A DNA stretch of 34,874 nucleotides, from assembly GCA_013572355.1 (NCBI GenBank), contig QBUV01000093.1:1-34874 (forward strand). The letters are read 5' to 3'. Positions 27,138 through 34,874 of this stretch are shown here, in pieces. Both the position numbers and the translations under genes were made by a program. Under the pieces are notes generated by a model. The model was not told the origin of the DNA. It ran no database searches and saw only the letters and a list, made by a program, of their open reading frames with translations. Source of the stretch: Candidatus Methanogaster sp. (GTDB taxonomy: Archaea > Halobacteriota > Methanosarcinia > Methanosarcinales > Methanogasteraceae). Each line of letters begins with the position of its first letter. Positions within the stretch are counted from its first letter, which is position 1.

Positions 27138-28682
27138 TCACGCAAATTTGACCATCTTCGTGCCAAGCGTCGCAAGATCGACGATCGTTGCATGTGCCGG
27201 CACAGGATCGAGGTTCATCCGCTTCTGAAAATCGGTCTGGGACTGCCATGTTCCGGAATTGACCACGGTAACGCCTTTGTAGTGGTCGATACCGATGGTA
27301 TGGACATGCCCGCAGTGGAGGATGTGCGGCACCCGGTCGATCACGAAATGATCCGAGTTCTCAGGCGCAATCGATACCCTGCCGCCGTACATGGGCGCAA
27401 GATGCCTGCGCTTGAGCATCTCGATCATGACCAGCTCCGGACGCTGGTAACTCATCTTCGGGATGGTTGCGATCAGGTCATCCATCGAGCGTCCGTGGTA
27501 TATCAGGATCCGTACACCGCGGATCTCAACAAGCGCGGGATTGCCAGTGAAGATCACATCACCAGAGAACATCGACCTGATCTTTTCGGGTAGCGCTGGC
27601 TGCGGTTCTGCCAGTCTCACCGCATCGTGGTTGCCGGGCGCTATTATGATCCTGATATTCTTTGGAACCCTTCCGAGATACTCCGCCGCAGATCGGTACT
27701 GGTCGTAGACATCAGGGATCTCCAGTTCAGACTCCTGGCCCGGGTATATCCCGACCCCGTCCACGAGATCGCCTGCTATTATCAGGTACTGCACCGGCAG
27801 AGAGCCATCCCCGAGCCAGTCGATGAAATCAGAGAACGCGTCCTTAAGAAACGTGTCGCTTCCGATATGCACGTCTGAAATCAGGACTGCGCAACCAGCC
27901 CCGCCGTCCCCATTCCCGTGTTCACTGCCGTTACCGTTAATGCCCTGTCCTCCGGACCGTGGCATCGATGAAAATCGCTTGTGGCGATTTCCATTATCCG
28001 GGAGCGTCTGGTTGTACCTGTTCGGCAGATCCGGCAGCACGATGCTCTTCACGATCATCAGATGCCCATCTCTGGTGAGCGAGCCTGTAACCCCGATCAC
28101 CTCATCATGAACGATGCCGGATGCGGTAGCCCATATATCGCGATCGGATGGGCGAACCAGCACAGGGAACGAGCCGGTAGGATCCTCGATCTCCAGCAGT
28201 TTGTTGCCGTTTGATGTCGTCCTGACATCAGAGACCATGCCGATTATCGAGACGCTGTCATACTCCCTTCCGCTGTGCCTCACGCGCAGCGACTCGATCG
28301 GGCGCGCTGTAATCCGCCCCCTGATGATGCCGCTTAACCGCGTGTAACGATCGCGGAAGTATCGCACAAACTCAGAGTATTCGCCAACGCACGTCGATTC
28401 ATTGCTGATATCCGAGAGTATGTTCACTGCCGGCGCATCGGCTGGTTTCGATAATTTTTCTGCTAATTTCTCCGCCAATTTATCTGCCGGCTTTTCAGGA
28501 ATCCTTGCGTCATCGAGGTTGATATGCTCCCTCTCCACCACAAGCACCGAATCATCAAGCGATTGCAGCACCTTAGAAACGATCGTACCAGGCGCGCTGT
28601 ACGAGCCAATCAGCGCGACCGCATCCGGACTGACCTGGTATCCCGCATTCGCAAACTCCTCAACTATCAGTGACTCCTGCAT
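27138..28682 (-). CDS. polB: DNA polymerase D small (proofreading) subunit DP1
   Basis: YFRDRY, OB fold (EDPTG), ISDVHIGS, AGDLVDGVGIYPGQ, PGNHDA, YHGRS, RRHLAP, HCGHVH, NSGTWQSQTDFQ. Confidence 0.96.
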   Translation of the reverse strand: MQESLIVEEFANAGYQVSPDAVALIGSYSAPGTIVSKVLQSLDDSVLVVEREHINLDDARIPEKPADKLAEKLAEKLSKPADAPAVNILSDISNESTCVGEYSEFVRYFRDRYTRLSGIIRGRITARPIESLRVRHSGREYDSVSIIGMVSDVRTTSNGNKLLEIEDPTGSFPVLVRPSDRDIWATASGIVHDEVIGVTGSLTRDGHLMIVKSIVLPDLPNRYNQTLPDNGNRHKRFSSMPRSGGQGINGNGSEHGNGDGGAGCAVLISDVHIGSDTFLKDAFSDFIDWLGDGSLPVQYLIIAGDLVDGVGIYPGQESELEIPDVYDQYRSAAEYLGRVPKNIRIIIAPGNHDAVRLAEPQPALPEKIRSMFSGDVIFTGNPALVEIRGVRILIYHGRSMDDLIATIPKMSYQRPELVMIEMLKRRHLAPMYGGRVSIAPENSDHFVIDRVPHILHCGHVHTIGIDHYKGVTVVNSGTWQSQTDFQKRMNLDPVPAHATIVDLATLGTKMVKFA

Positions 28683-28930
28683 TGCTCTCTACTTGGGATG
28701 TTCGGGAGATAAAACTTTATGTGGCGTGTCGGCATCACGAGATTATACTGATCCGCGTCATCCGGGTTTTCCGGTGCAGGAGCGGCGGGCGCTGGCTTTT
28801 ACTCGATTATCAGCAATATCTCAAAGCCGCCGGGGTGACGATCTCATCATGCGGTGCCGGTTCGAGACTTCGATTTTTCCGGATATTTAAAACCCGAAAC
28901 ATCCGGGTGAGATCCGACCCCGGACCGCCA

Positions 28931-30424
28931 CTACATAAACGCAAAACCTTTCGGCAGTTCGCCTACGATCTCCTTAAACGATTCCGGCCAGTTCTCGTAA
29001 TCAAGCCCCTTCTGCGCAAAGAACGAGCTCGCCCAGCGCTCAAGCCCGACTCCGGAACATCCGCTCCACAGTTCATTCCCGCTCTGGGACTTCACGTTGA
29101 ATCCAGTCGGATATTTGTCTCCGTTCACGCTCACGTTCTGGAATTCAAGCCAATCGTCGCGGTACGGCATGAACGATTCGTAATCGGTCGTCCCGACCTT
29201 CTCGTTCCCAGTGGTTCCGGTCAGACCCTCCTGCGCCATGAACCACGGCGTAACCCACGCCTTCCGCCACGTAAGTTCGAGTATCTCCTCAAATATGTAC
29301 TTATACCGCTCATGGATGCGCTCCGCCTCCTCTACGACCTGCTCCGGCGTCCCCACCCATACGATCTCGATCCTGTGGAACTCGTCCACCCGCTCGATGC
29401 CATGGATGCCGCCGCTCTCGTACCGGTGCGACGTCCCTGAACGATCGAATACTTGAAGCGGAAACGTGTCATCCGCGATCGTCCTTCCCTGCAGGAAGGG
29501 CCAGAACGGCGGGCACTGGGCATAGCATAGCCCTCCGATCGGCTTATCGATCTTCTCCGCGATCAGGTCGAGCGGAATCTCGTGGGTGACCTTGTAGTAG
29601 TCAGAAACCTCCTCCCAGAAGTCAGGATCCCTTGTTTTTGGCGGACAGACGTAGTAGATCTCAGGATAAACTCCTTTCGCATGTCCCGACTTCTTCCAGA
29701 CATCCCATGTCACGAGTTTCGGGAAAATCATCTCCTGGTATCCGAGAAAATCGAGAACCTCTTCTTTTACGATCTGTTCAAACGTGCGAAAGATTCTGGT
29801 CGCCTCAGGACCGTATATCCACTGCCCGCGGGATGCTCCATGTTTGATCCAGTTCCGCTTGACCAGTTCCGGCGTCGGGTCTTCACCGGATAAAATGGGC
29901 TTCTCCGCGCTTTCCCAGAGCAGGTTCCAGTGCTCTTCCTTCCCGCCATAGCTCTCTGCCGCGATCTTATCCATGATGAGCGTGATGATCCGATCAGGTA
30001 TCCTGTTCTGGATCTCGGACTCCCCGATCTCCATTTCGATGGTGATCTCGTCGCCATCAAACTCCATATTCGAGACGTAAGGGATTTTTTCTGCTTTGAC
30101 TGGATTTTTTGATGGTATCTTCGCAACGTAAGACTCGATCTCGATGCCCCTGATCCCTATGCGGTATTTCTTTCCAAGAAGGGTTGCAAGAGGTTTTTTC
30201 AACCTTAGAATCGCATCGTGGGCGCGTACGTACTGGTCCGACTCGATCTCGACCCTGATCTTCTGATCTTCGATCCGGAAGTTAAGTATTCTTGCGCCCT
30301 TCCCTTCTGGCGCGCCCTTTGTCAGCAACGTCTCGTTCGCCTCGCTTACGAGGGCTGATATTTCAGCATCTGCCTGACCTGCGGGTGCGCTCGTGTTGAA
30401 GTTACCGATCAGATGAAAGTACAT
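28931..30424 (-). CDS. serS: Seryl-tRNA synthetase, methanogen type (SerRS2)
   Basis: [57 protein letters not shown] (Zn ligands Cys/Glu/Cys of the methanogen type). Confidence 0.95.
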   Translation of the reverse strand: MYFHLIGNFNTSAPAGQADAEISALVSEANETLLTKGAPEGKGARILNFRIEDQKIRVEIESDQYVRAHDAILRLKKPLATLLGKKYRIGIRGIEIESYVAKIPSKNPVKAEKIPYVSNMEFDGDEITIEMEIGESEIQNRIPDRIITLIMDKIAAESYGGKEEHWNLLWESAEKPILSGEDPTPELVKRNWIKHGASRGQWIYGPEATRIFRTFEQIVKEEVLDFLGYQEMIFPKLVTWDVWKKSGHAKGVYPEIYYVCPPKTRDPDFWEEVSDYYKVTHEIPLDLIAEKIDKPIGGLCYAQCPPFWPFLQGRTIADDTFPLQVFDRSGTSHRYESGGIHGIERVDEFHRIEIVWVGTPEQVVEEAERIHERYKYIFEEILELTWRKAWVTPWFMAQEGLTGTTGNEKVGTTDYESFMPYRDDWLEFQNVSVNGDKYPTGFNVKSQSGNELWSGCSGVGLERWASSFFAQKGLDYENWPESFKEIVGELPKGFAFM

Positions 30425-30504
30425 GGGATTATGATTTGTGGATGAATCTAATTAAATTCTTTCTCTGTCTTGGGGCTGGAATGTATCCGCCGGCTCTGCA
30501 AGAC

Positions 30505-31776
30505 TCACATCCCGGCTGGAAGACCGTACGCATCGGTCTCATCGAAGCAGTAGCAGACCTTCTGGTACCCGCCCTTCAACTCGATCACATCGTTTCTGAC
30601 GCTTTCAGGCGATTCGGAGTCGAGCACGATCCGTTTGAAGAAATCCGCGATCGCATCCATCTCTGACGTACCCATCCCGATGCGGGTCAGTTCTTGAGTC
30701 CCGATCCTGATTCCGGACGGCTCGTCTGTGACGCTGACCGTATCTCCCGGCAGAAGATTCTTGTTTACGATGATGTTTGCCTCTTCGAGCTTTGTTGCGG
30801 CTCTGGTGCTGCCGCCAACCTTCGTTACATCGACTGCAACCTGATGCGACTCTGTAAACCCGTACGGCTCGCAAAGAACGTCGAATCCACGCTCATACAG
30901 TGCCTGCGCAAGCGATTTTGCGTTTGCGATCACGGCAGATGCGTAATCCTCGCCAAACTCGATCATCTCTGCAAGCGAGACCCCGAGTCCTGCAAGATGG
31001 TGCAGATGGTGGTTGCTCACTGTGCCAGGAAAGACCGCTTCATCGATCCTATCTGAAAGTTCCTCCTTGCACATAATAATCGCGCCCTGCGGTCCCGGAA
31101 ATGTCTTGTGTGTGGATCCGGTAACCACTTCCGCGCCCTCACGAAGCGGATCCTGAAACTGTTTTCCTGCGATGAGCCCGAGCACATGTGCGCCGTCATA
31201 GACAAGCGTTGCTCCCACTTCGCGGGCAGCATCAGCCGCCTCCCGAACAGGATGCGGGAATAGGAAGAGACTTCCCCCGAGAAGCACGATACGTGGCTCC
31301 ACATCCCTGATCATGGCAGTCATGCGGTCGGGATCGATGTTCATGATCTCGGGATCGAATGGATGCGGCATCACGCGAAGTCCCCTGACACCGGCAGCAG
31401 AGTACTGTACGTGGCTGATGTGCCCGCCGTACGGAACATCAAGTGACATGATCGTGTCTCCCGGCTTTGCGAGTGCAAAAAAAGCGGCGATGTTCGCGCC
31501 TACGCCTGAGGTCGGCTGCACATTGACATGCTCTGCCCTGAAGAGTTCCTCTGCGAGTTCGATCGTCTTTGCCTCGATCTCGTCGATGTATTTGCAGCCC
31601 TGATAGAACCTGTGCCCGACTACGCCCTCTGCATACCGGTGAGCAAGATCGCTTGCCGCAAGCATCCGCACCTTCCGGCTCGTGAGGTTGTTGCTTGCGA
31701 TCATCGGGAGGGAGTCGCGGTACCAAGTATGGTGCGCCTCTGTGGCACGCATGATGAGATCGATATCGGCATTCAT
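30505..31776 (-). CDS. glyA: Serine hydroxymethyltransferase
   Basis: Start reassigned to ATG 31776. RYAEG...[32 protein letters not shown] (PLP Lys), SGIRIGT. Confidence 0.96.
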   Translation of the reverse strand: MNADIDLIMRATEAHHTWYRDSLPMIASNNLTSRKVRMLAASDLAHRYAEGVVGHRFYQGCKYIDEIEAKTIELAEELFRAEHVNVQPTSGVGANIAAFFALAKPGDTIMSLDVPYGGHISHVQYSAAGVRGLRVMPHPFDPEIMNIDPDRMTAMIRDVEPRIVLLGGSLFLFPHPVREAADAAREVGATLVYDGAHVLGLIAGKQFQDPLREGAEVVTGSTHKTFPGPQGAIIMCKEELSDRIDEAVFPGTVSNHHLHHLAGLGVSLAEMIEFGEDYASAVIANAKSLAQALYERGFDVLCEPYGFTESHQVAVDVTKVGGSTRAATKLEEANIIVNKNLLPGDTVSVTDEPSGIRIGTQELTRIGMGTSEMDAIADFFKRIVLDSESPESVRNDVIELKGGYQKVCYCFDETDAYGLPAGM

Positions 31777-31890
31777 TGTTGGTGTTATGTAAGAACCACA
31801 ACCACTTAAATACGTTCTGGCTTCGCCGCTGTTCACTTTCGCAGGCAGGCATCGATCCCACCGCGTAAAGCCGGCGGCACAGATGACCGA

Positions 31891-31902
31891 AAGCCTTATA
31901 TA
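31891..31902 (+). promoter_or_regulatory. Probable BRE/TATA for the PEF-CTERM-type gene
   Basis: AAGCCTTATATA about 35 nt before the ATG, followed by RBS AAGGAGGT. Confidence 0.55.
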
Positions 31903-31937
31903 ACGAAGTATCCTCGTACATCGAAAGGAGGTATTAA

Positions 31938-32501
31938 ATGAACAGAAAGACAACCACAATAATAGTAACACTGGCAGCAGCCCTGCTGTTTTCGACGGTT
32001 GGGATGGCGAGCGCGGTGATGATCGACGGTCACAATATAACCTTCATCAACCACACCTACGATGAGGGTACAGACACCTCGACATGGTGTTACAATGTGA
32101 CTTCTGGTAGCAGCGCAGCGTTGAGTAACTGGATTATATGCTGGTGCAATGAGAGTGCCATCGCAGGCGCTTCCGAAACTTATGAATATAAGAATATGAC
32201 GAACCCCGATCCTAACATGGGGATGTTCGGAATAAAATTTACTCAGGGCTATGGGGATTACGAAAGCAGGGCGGTCTGCTTTACACTGCACGGCAATTAC
32301 TCAGAAGCGTTGATCGAAGTTGGTATAAAAGAGGGTAATGATAATGCTGATGATGGTAAAGTAGGCTACGGCTGGGTAACAGGTCCCGCAGACTACATTG
32401 GATGCCCAGAATGCATCGTTCCGGAACTGAGCACATTGGCCCTCGTCTCGGTTGGGCTGCTCACGCTGGTAGGATATTTCACGCTTAGACGGAAGGACTG
32501 A
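31938..32501 (+). CDS. Secreted surface protein with PEF-CTERM-like sorting signal
   Basis: Signal peptide (..GMASA), six N-x-S/T sequons, C-terminal VPELST + TM helix + RRKD. Confidence 0.8.
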   Translation: MNRKTTTIIVTLAAALLFSTVGMASAVMIDGHNITFINHTYDEGTDTSTWCYNVTSGSSAALSNWIICWCNESAIAGASETYEYKNMTNPDPNMGMFGIKFTQGYGDYESRAVCFTLHGNYSEALIEVGIKEGNDNADDGKVGYGWVTGPADYIGCPECIVPELSTLALVSVGLLTLVGYFTLRRKD

Positions 32502-32533
32502 AGGGGCAACCGCGCCTCTTCCCTATTTTTTTT
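32501..32533 (+). terminator. Hairpin plus T-tract after the surface protein gene
   Basis: AAGGGGC-aaccgc-GCCTCTT followed by ccctaTTTTTTTT. Confidence 0.6.
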
Positions 32534-32641
32534 ATATGCTAAAATCATCACTGATAGTCTTAACACCCTACCTGATCCTCTGCCAGCGCCGCAACTCCCG
32601 GATCAGCACATATAAAAGGGTTGTAGTGGAAGCAATATATC

Positions 32642-33160
32642 ATGACACTGGAACCGATAACCGGCAAGGTGCTGCGGATATTTCCACAGGATACGAACAC
32701 AGACGAGGTAATCTCGGGAAAGTACAAGTACGACGAACTCGATCTTTCCAAACTCGCAGTTCACACCTTCGAATCGATCGATCCGGATTTTTACACCGAT
32801 AGCAAGCACACAGAAAACCCGATCATCGTTACGGCATCGAATTTCGGATGCGGATCATCGAGAGAGCAGGCGCCGCAGGTCATAGCGGCATGTGGCGTGG
32901 GTTGCGTGATCGCAGAGTCGTTCGCCCGCATCTTCTACCGGAACGGGTTTAATATCGGGCTGCCGCTGATCGAATGCGCCGGGATCGCGGAAAAGGTACA
33001 CAAGGATGATGAACTGCGGATCGATTTCGAGAACGGGTCGATTACGAACGTGACGACCGGAGAAGAGTACGGTTTCAGCCCGATTCCTGAATTCATGCAG
33101 GAGTTGCTCGATTCCGGAGGATTGCTGAGGTATCTCAAGGAGAAAGGGGGATACGAGTGA
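32642..33160 (+). CDS. 3-isopropylmalate dehydratase/homoaconitase small subunit (LeuD/HacB family)
   Basis: DTNTDEVI, NFGCGSSREQAP, AESFARIFYRN..NIGLP, GGLL. Confidence 0.92.
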   Translation: MTLEPITGKVLRIFPQDTNTDEVISGKYKYDELDLSKLAVHTFESIDPDFYTDSKHTENPIIVTASNFGCGSSREQAPQVIAACGVGCVIAESFARIFYRNGFNIGLPLIECAGIAEKVHKDDELRIDFENGSITNVTTGEEYGFSPIPEFMQELLDSGGLLRYLKEKGGYE

Positions 33161-34068
33161 TCGACGATCCCTACAATGTGCCGTATCAGGCGATATATGC
33201 GGTCGGAAACGCTGATGGCAGCCTCGTTGAGATTATCGAGTTTTCCCGCTGCTACGGCGGCTCTGCATGGGCGCGGCACCATTACCAGAAGAGCCCCCTG
33301 GTGCTCGAGACGAAGGTGATCGGGAACACGATCAGGTATCTCTGCAAGACCGGCGAGTGCGATCTCGTGCTTGAGCCGTCGCGTGCAGCCGCGGGCATCA
33401 AATCCGTTGCAGTGCACGATGACGAGATCCGGATCACATACGCGGGTCTCGGCGGCGGCGGGGTCGGTGCAACCACCTGCCGTGCCGGTGCAAGCGGCGT
33501 GATCCGGTCCGATATCAGCGAATCCGGCGGCGGGAAGGTCGGGAGCGGCACGATCGTTCTCCCAGGACGTAGCCGGCTGATCATCGGGATCGATGACACT
33601 GACTCAAAGGAGGTTGGTGCGACTTGGTGTCTTGCACACAACATTGCATCTGCTGTCGACTGCGATGCTGCCCGGTACCTGTCCCATTCGATCGTGCAGT
33701 TGCATCCGGTGCCTGCGAAGACGCAGAACTGCGTTTCGACGGCTCTTGAGTTCGCATGTCTGGACGGTGGCGCAGAACGCGTGCTTGCCGAGATCCGCGA
33801 TCTCCTGATTGAGTATTCGGTTTCTGGTGAGACTGGCATGGTCTCGCTCTCCGGTTTCGACGGATCGATTCTTGCGGATTATGGGAGGGAATGCAAGACT
33901 AAAGTACTATTGCGGGAGTATGCTCTCGAATGCGCCAGATCTGCGGGCGCTCGTGTCTGGCTCGACGGAAACGGGATCATCGGCGCGCTCGGCGCGATCC
34001 CGTATGTCGCGATGCCTGACCGGTCGGTCGGGCTTTCTGAGACGAACGTGCCCGGCGAGTTGGGGTAA
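33157..34068 (+). CDS. Methanogenesis marker protein 11
   Basis: DPY.VPY..IYAV, CYGGSAW...HY, YAGLGGGGVGA..CR, IGIDDTDSKE.GATW, KTQNC. GTGA overlap with the LeuD-family gene. Confidence 0.85.
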   Translation: MIDDPYNVPYQAIYAVGNADGSLVEIIEFSRCYGGSAWARHHYQKSPLVLETKVIGNTIRYLCKTGECDLVLEPSRAAAGIKSVAVHDDEIRITYAGLGGGGVGATTCRAGASGVIRSDISESGGGKVGSGTIVLPGRSRLIIGIDDTDSKEVGATWCLAHNIASAVDCDAARYLSHSIVQLHPVPAKTQNCVSTALEFACLDGGAERVLAEIRDLLIEYSVSGETGMVSLSGFDGSILADYGRECKTKVLLREYALECARSAGARVWLDGNGIIGALGAIPYVAMPDRSVGLSETNVPGELG

Positions 34069-34127
34069 AACAGATTCCATCTGGGTAAGTATATGCCAAA
34101 GCTGACACGAATACGGTGAAAAAATGA

Positions 34128-34201
34128 AATCAGTGTAATTTGCGTTAATCTGTGGCTAAAAACTTTTATCAGCCACAGATTATATAGCTGGACGCAGATT
34201 A
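34128..34201. repeat. Inverted repeat built from ~9-nt AATCTGYG units
   Basis: Perfect 12-bp arms TAATCTGTGGCT (34146-34157) and AGCCACAGATTA (34171-34182), with degenerate outer units (AATCAGTGT, AATTTGCGT / ACGCAGATT). Confidence 0.65.
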
Positions 34202-34266
34202 TGAGTTATCTACGTAACGTGATGCCTATTCTAAAAAGTCATGCTCTGTTGGTATGTTCTATTCTT

Positions 34267-34872
34267 CTAACGTGAGACCTGATAGGTGACAACAAAGATG
34301 ATCAGTGCCATCATCAGAACACCCAAGCCGGACTCTGCCGCCACCAGTATCTGGGGCAGGTGTCCTGCTGCCAGATTGGGCTGGGTGTTGGAGTATCCAA
34401 GACTTGTGAATGTTGTGATGCTGTGGTAGATGTAGTCTATCCGGTCGGGCGCGACTTGGGTGCCGTTTATGTACATTACTGTGTCGTTAGAGGTGTCGTT
34501 TACGCGCATTACGGTACCGTTTACATTCTTGACGATTCCGTCAGAGAGCCAGAAAAGAAAGGCAAATAATCCGATGATGAGACCTGAAACAGAGATAGGG
34601 CGACCAATCCGGTCACCATATCCAGTCAAAGCACGCAGGATCAGCAGATCAAATATCGATCTTGTCCTGTTCTTAAGTCCACCTCTCGCCCATCTGAGCT
34701 TTCTGTGTACCTCACCCCTTCGGTAGTGGACATGCGCTGCTTGGTCGAGCCTACCGTTTGCGATGTAGAAGTTGTAGAGGTTGTTGTAGACCTCGTAAGA
34801 CGCTTCGTAGGTGTCGGCACGGCTGCCATCGTAGAGGAACTCTGGCTGTATCTTACCGTCTTTGAGAATCAG
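34267..34872 (-). CDS. C-terminal part of a membrane protein with a two-TM ion-channel-like (Ion_trans_2) domain; 5' end outside the window
   Basis: Frame is open from the right edge to TAG at 34267. LTGYGDRIGRP, YIYHSITTFTSLGYSN pore-like segment, ESGLGVLMMAL. Confidence 0.8.
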   Translation of the reverse strand: MILKDGKIQPEFLYDGSRADTYEASYEVYNNLYNFYIANGRLDQAAHVHYRRGEVHRKLRWARGGLKNRTRSIFDLLILRALTGYGDRIGRPISVSGLIIGLFAFLFWLSDGIVKNVNGTVMRVNDTSNDTVMYINGTQVAPDRIDYIYHSITTFTSLGYSNTQPNLAAGHLPQILVAAESGLGVLMMALIIFVVTYQVSR

Positions 34873-34874
34873 TC

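Noticed and set aside
28683..28930. Replication origin next to DP1
   Set aside because: No cdc6 here, no repeated ORB (TTCCAGTGGAAAC-like) boxes and no AT-rich unwinding element.
34641..34829. Apparent frameshift or separate ORF in the last gene
   Set aside because: Manual translation shows the channel-domain frame is continuous from 34872 to 34267; the 62-aa ORF is an alternative frame.
1..34874. CRISPR arrays, tRNA/rRNA genes, transposases, integrases, Pyl/Sec read-through
   Set aside because: None seen by eye. The truncated stubs end in TGA and have no downstream in-frame continuation of the same family.

Overview
A 34.9-kb stretch of archaeal chromosome from a methanogen or anaerobic methanotroph. 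The lineage is inferred to be Methanosarcinales-like, based on methanogen-type SerRS, methanogenesis marker protein 11, PolD DP1, TFS, L30e and a PEF-CTERM-type protein. It is mostly housekeeping: DRG GTPase, gatB, pcm-DHH-dUTPase-cmk, rpl30e-nusA-rps12-rps7, thiL, tfs, pantoate kinase, 2-oxoacid elongation enzymes, apgM, an UppS-like subunit, DP1, serS and glyA. Accessory material includes a small defence remnant (truncated DNA-methyltransferase N-terminus, two MNTs, one HEPN), decayed glycosyltransferase and epimerase fragments, and a dispersed palindromic MITE-like repeat. The most striking unexplained signal is a ~75-nt intergenic element at 15669-15745 (minus strand). It has its own BRE/TATA promoter and a foldable structure, and carries two adjacent segments complementary to the 16S rRNA 5' end and to the 915-930 region, i.e. 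both sides of the central pseudoknot, as for eukaryotic U3 snoRNA. All family calls come from motif recognition by eye; no searches were run.
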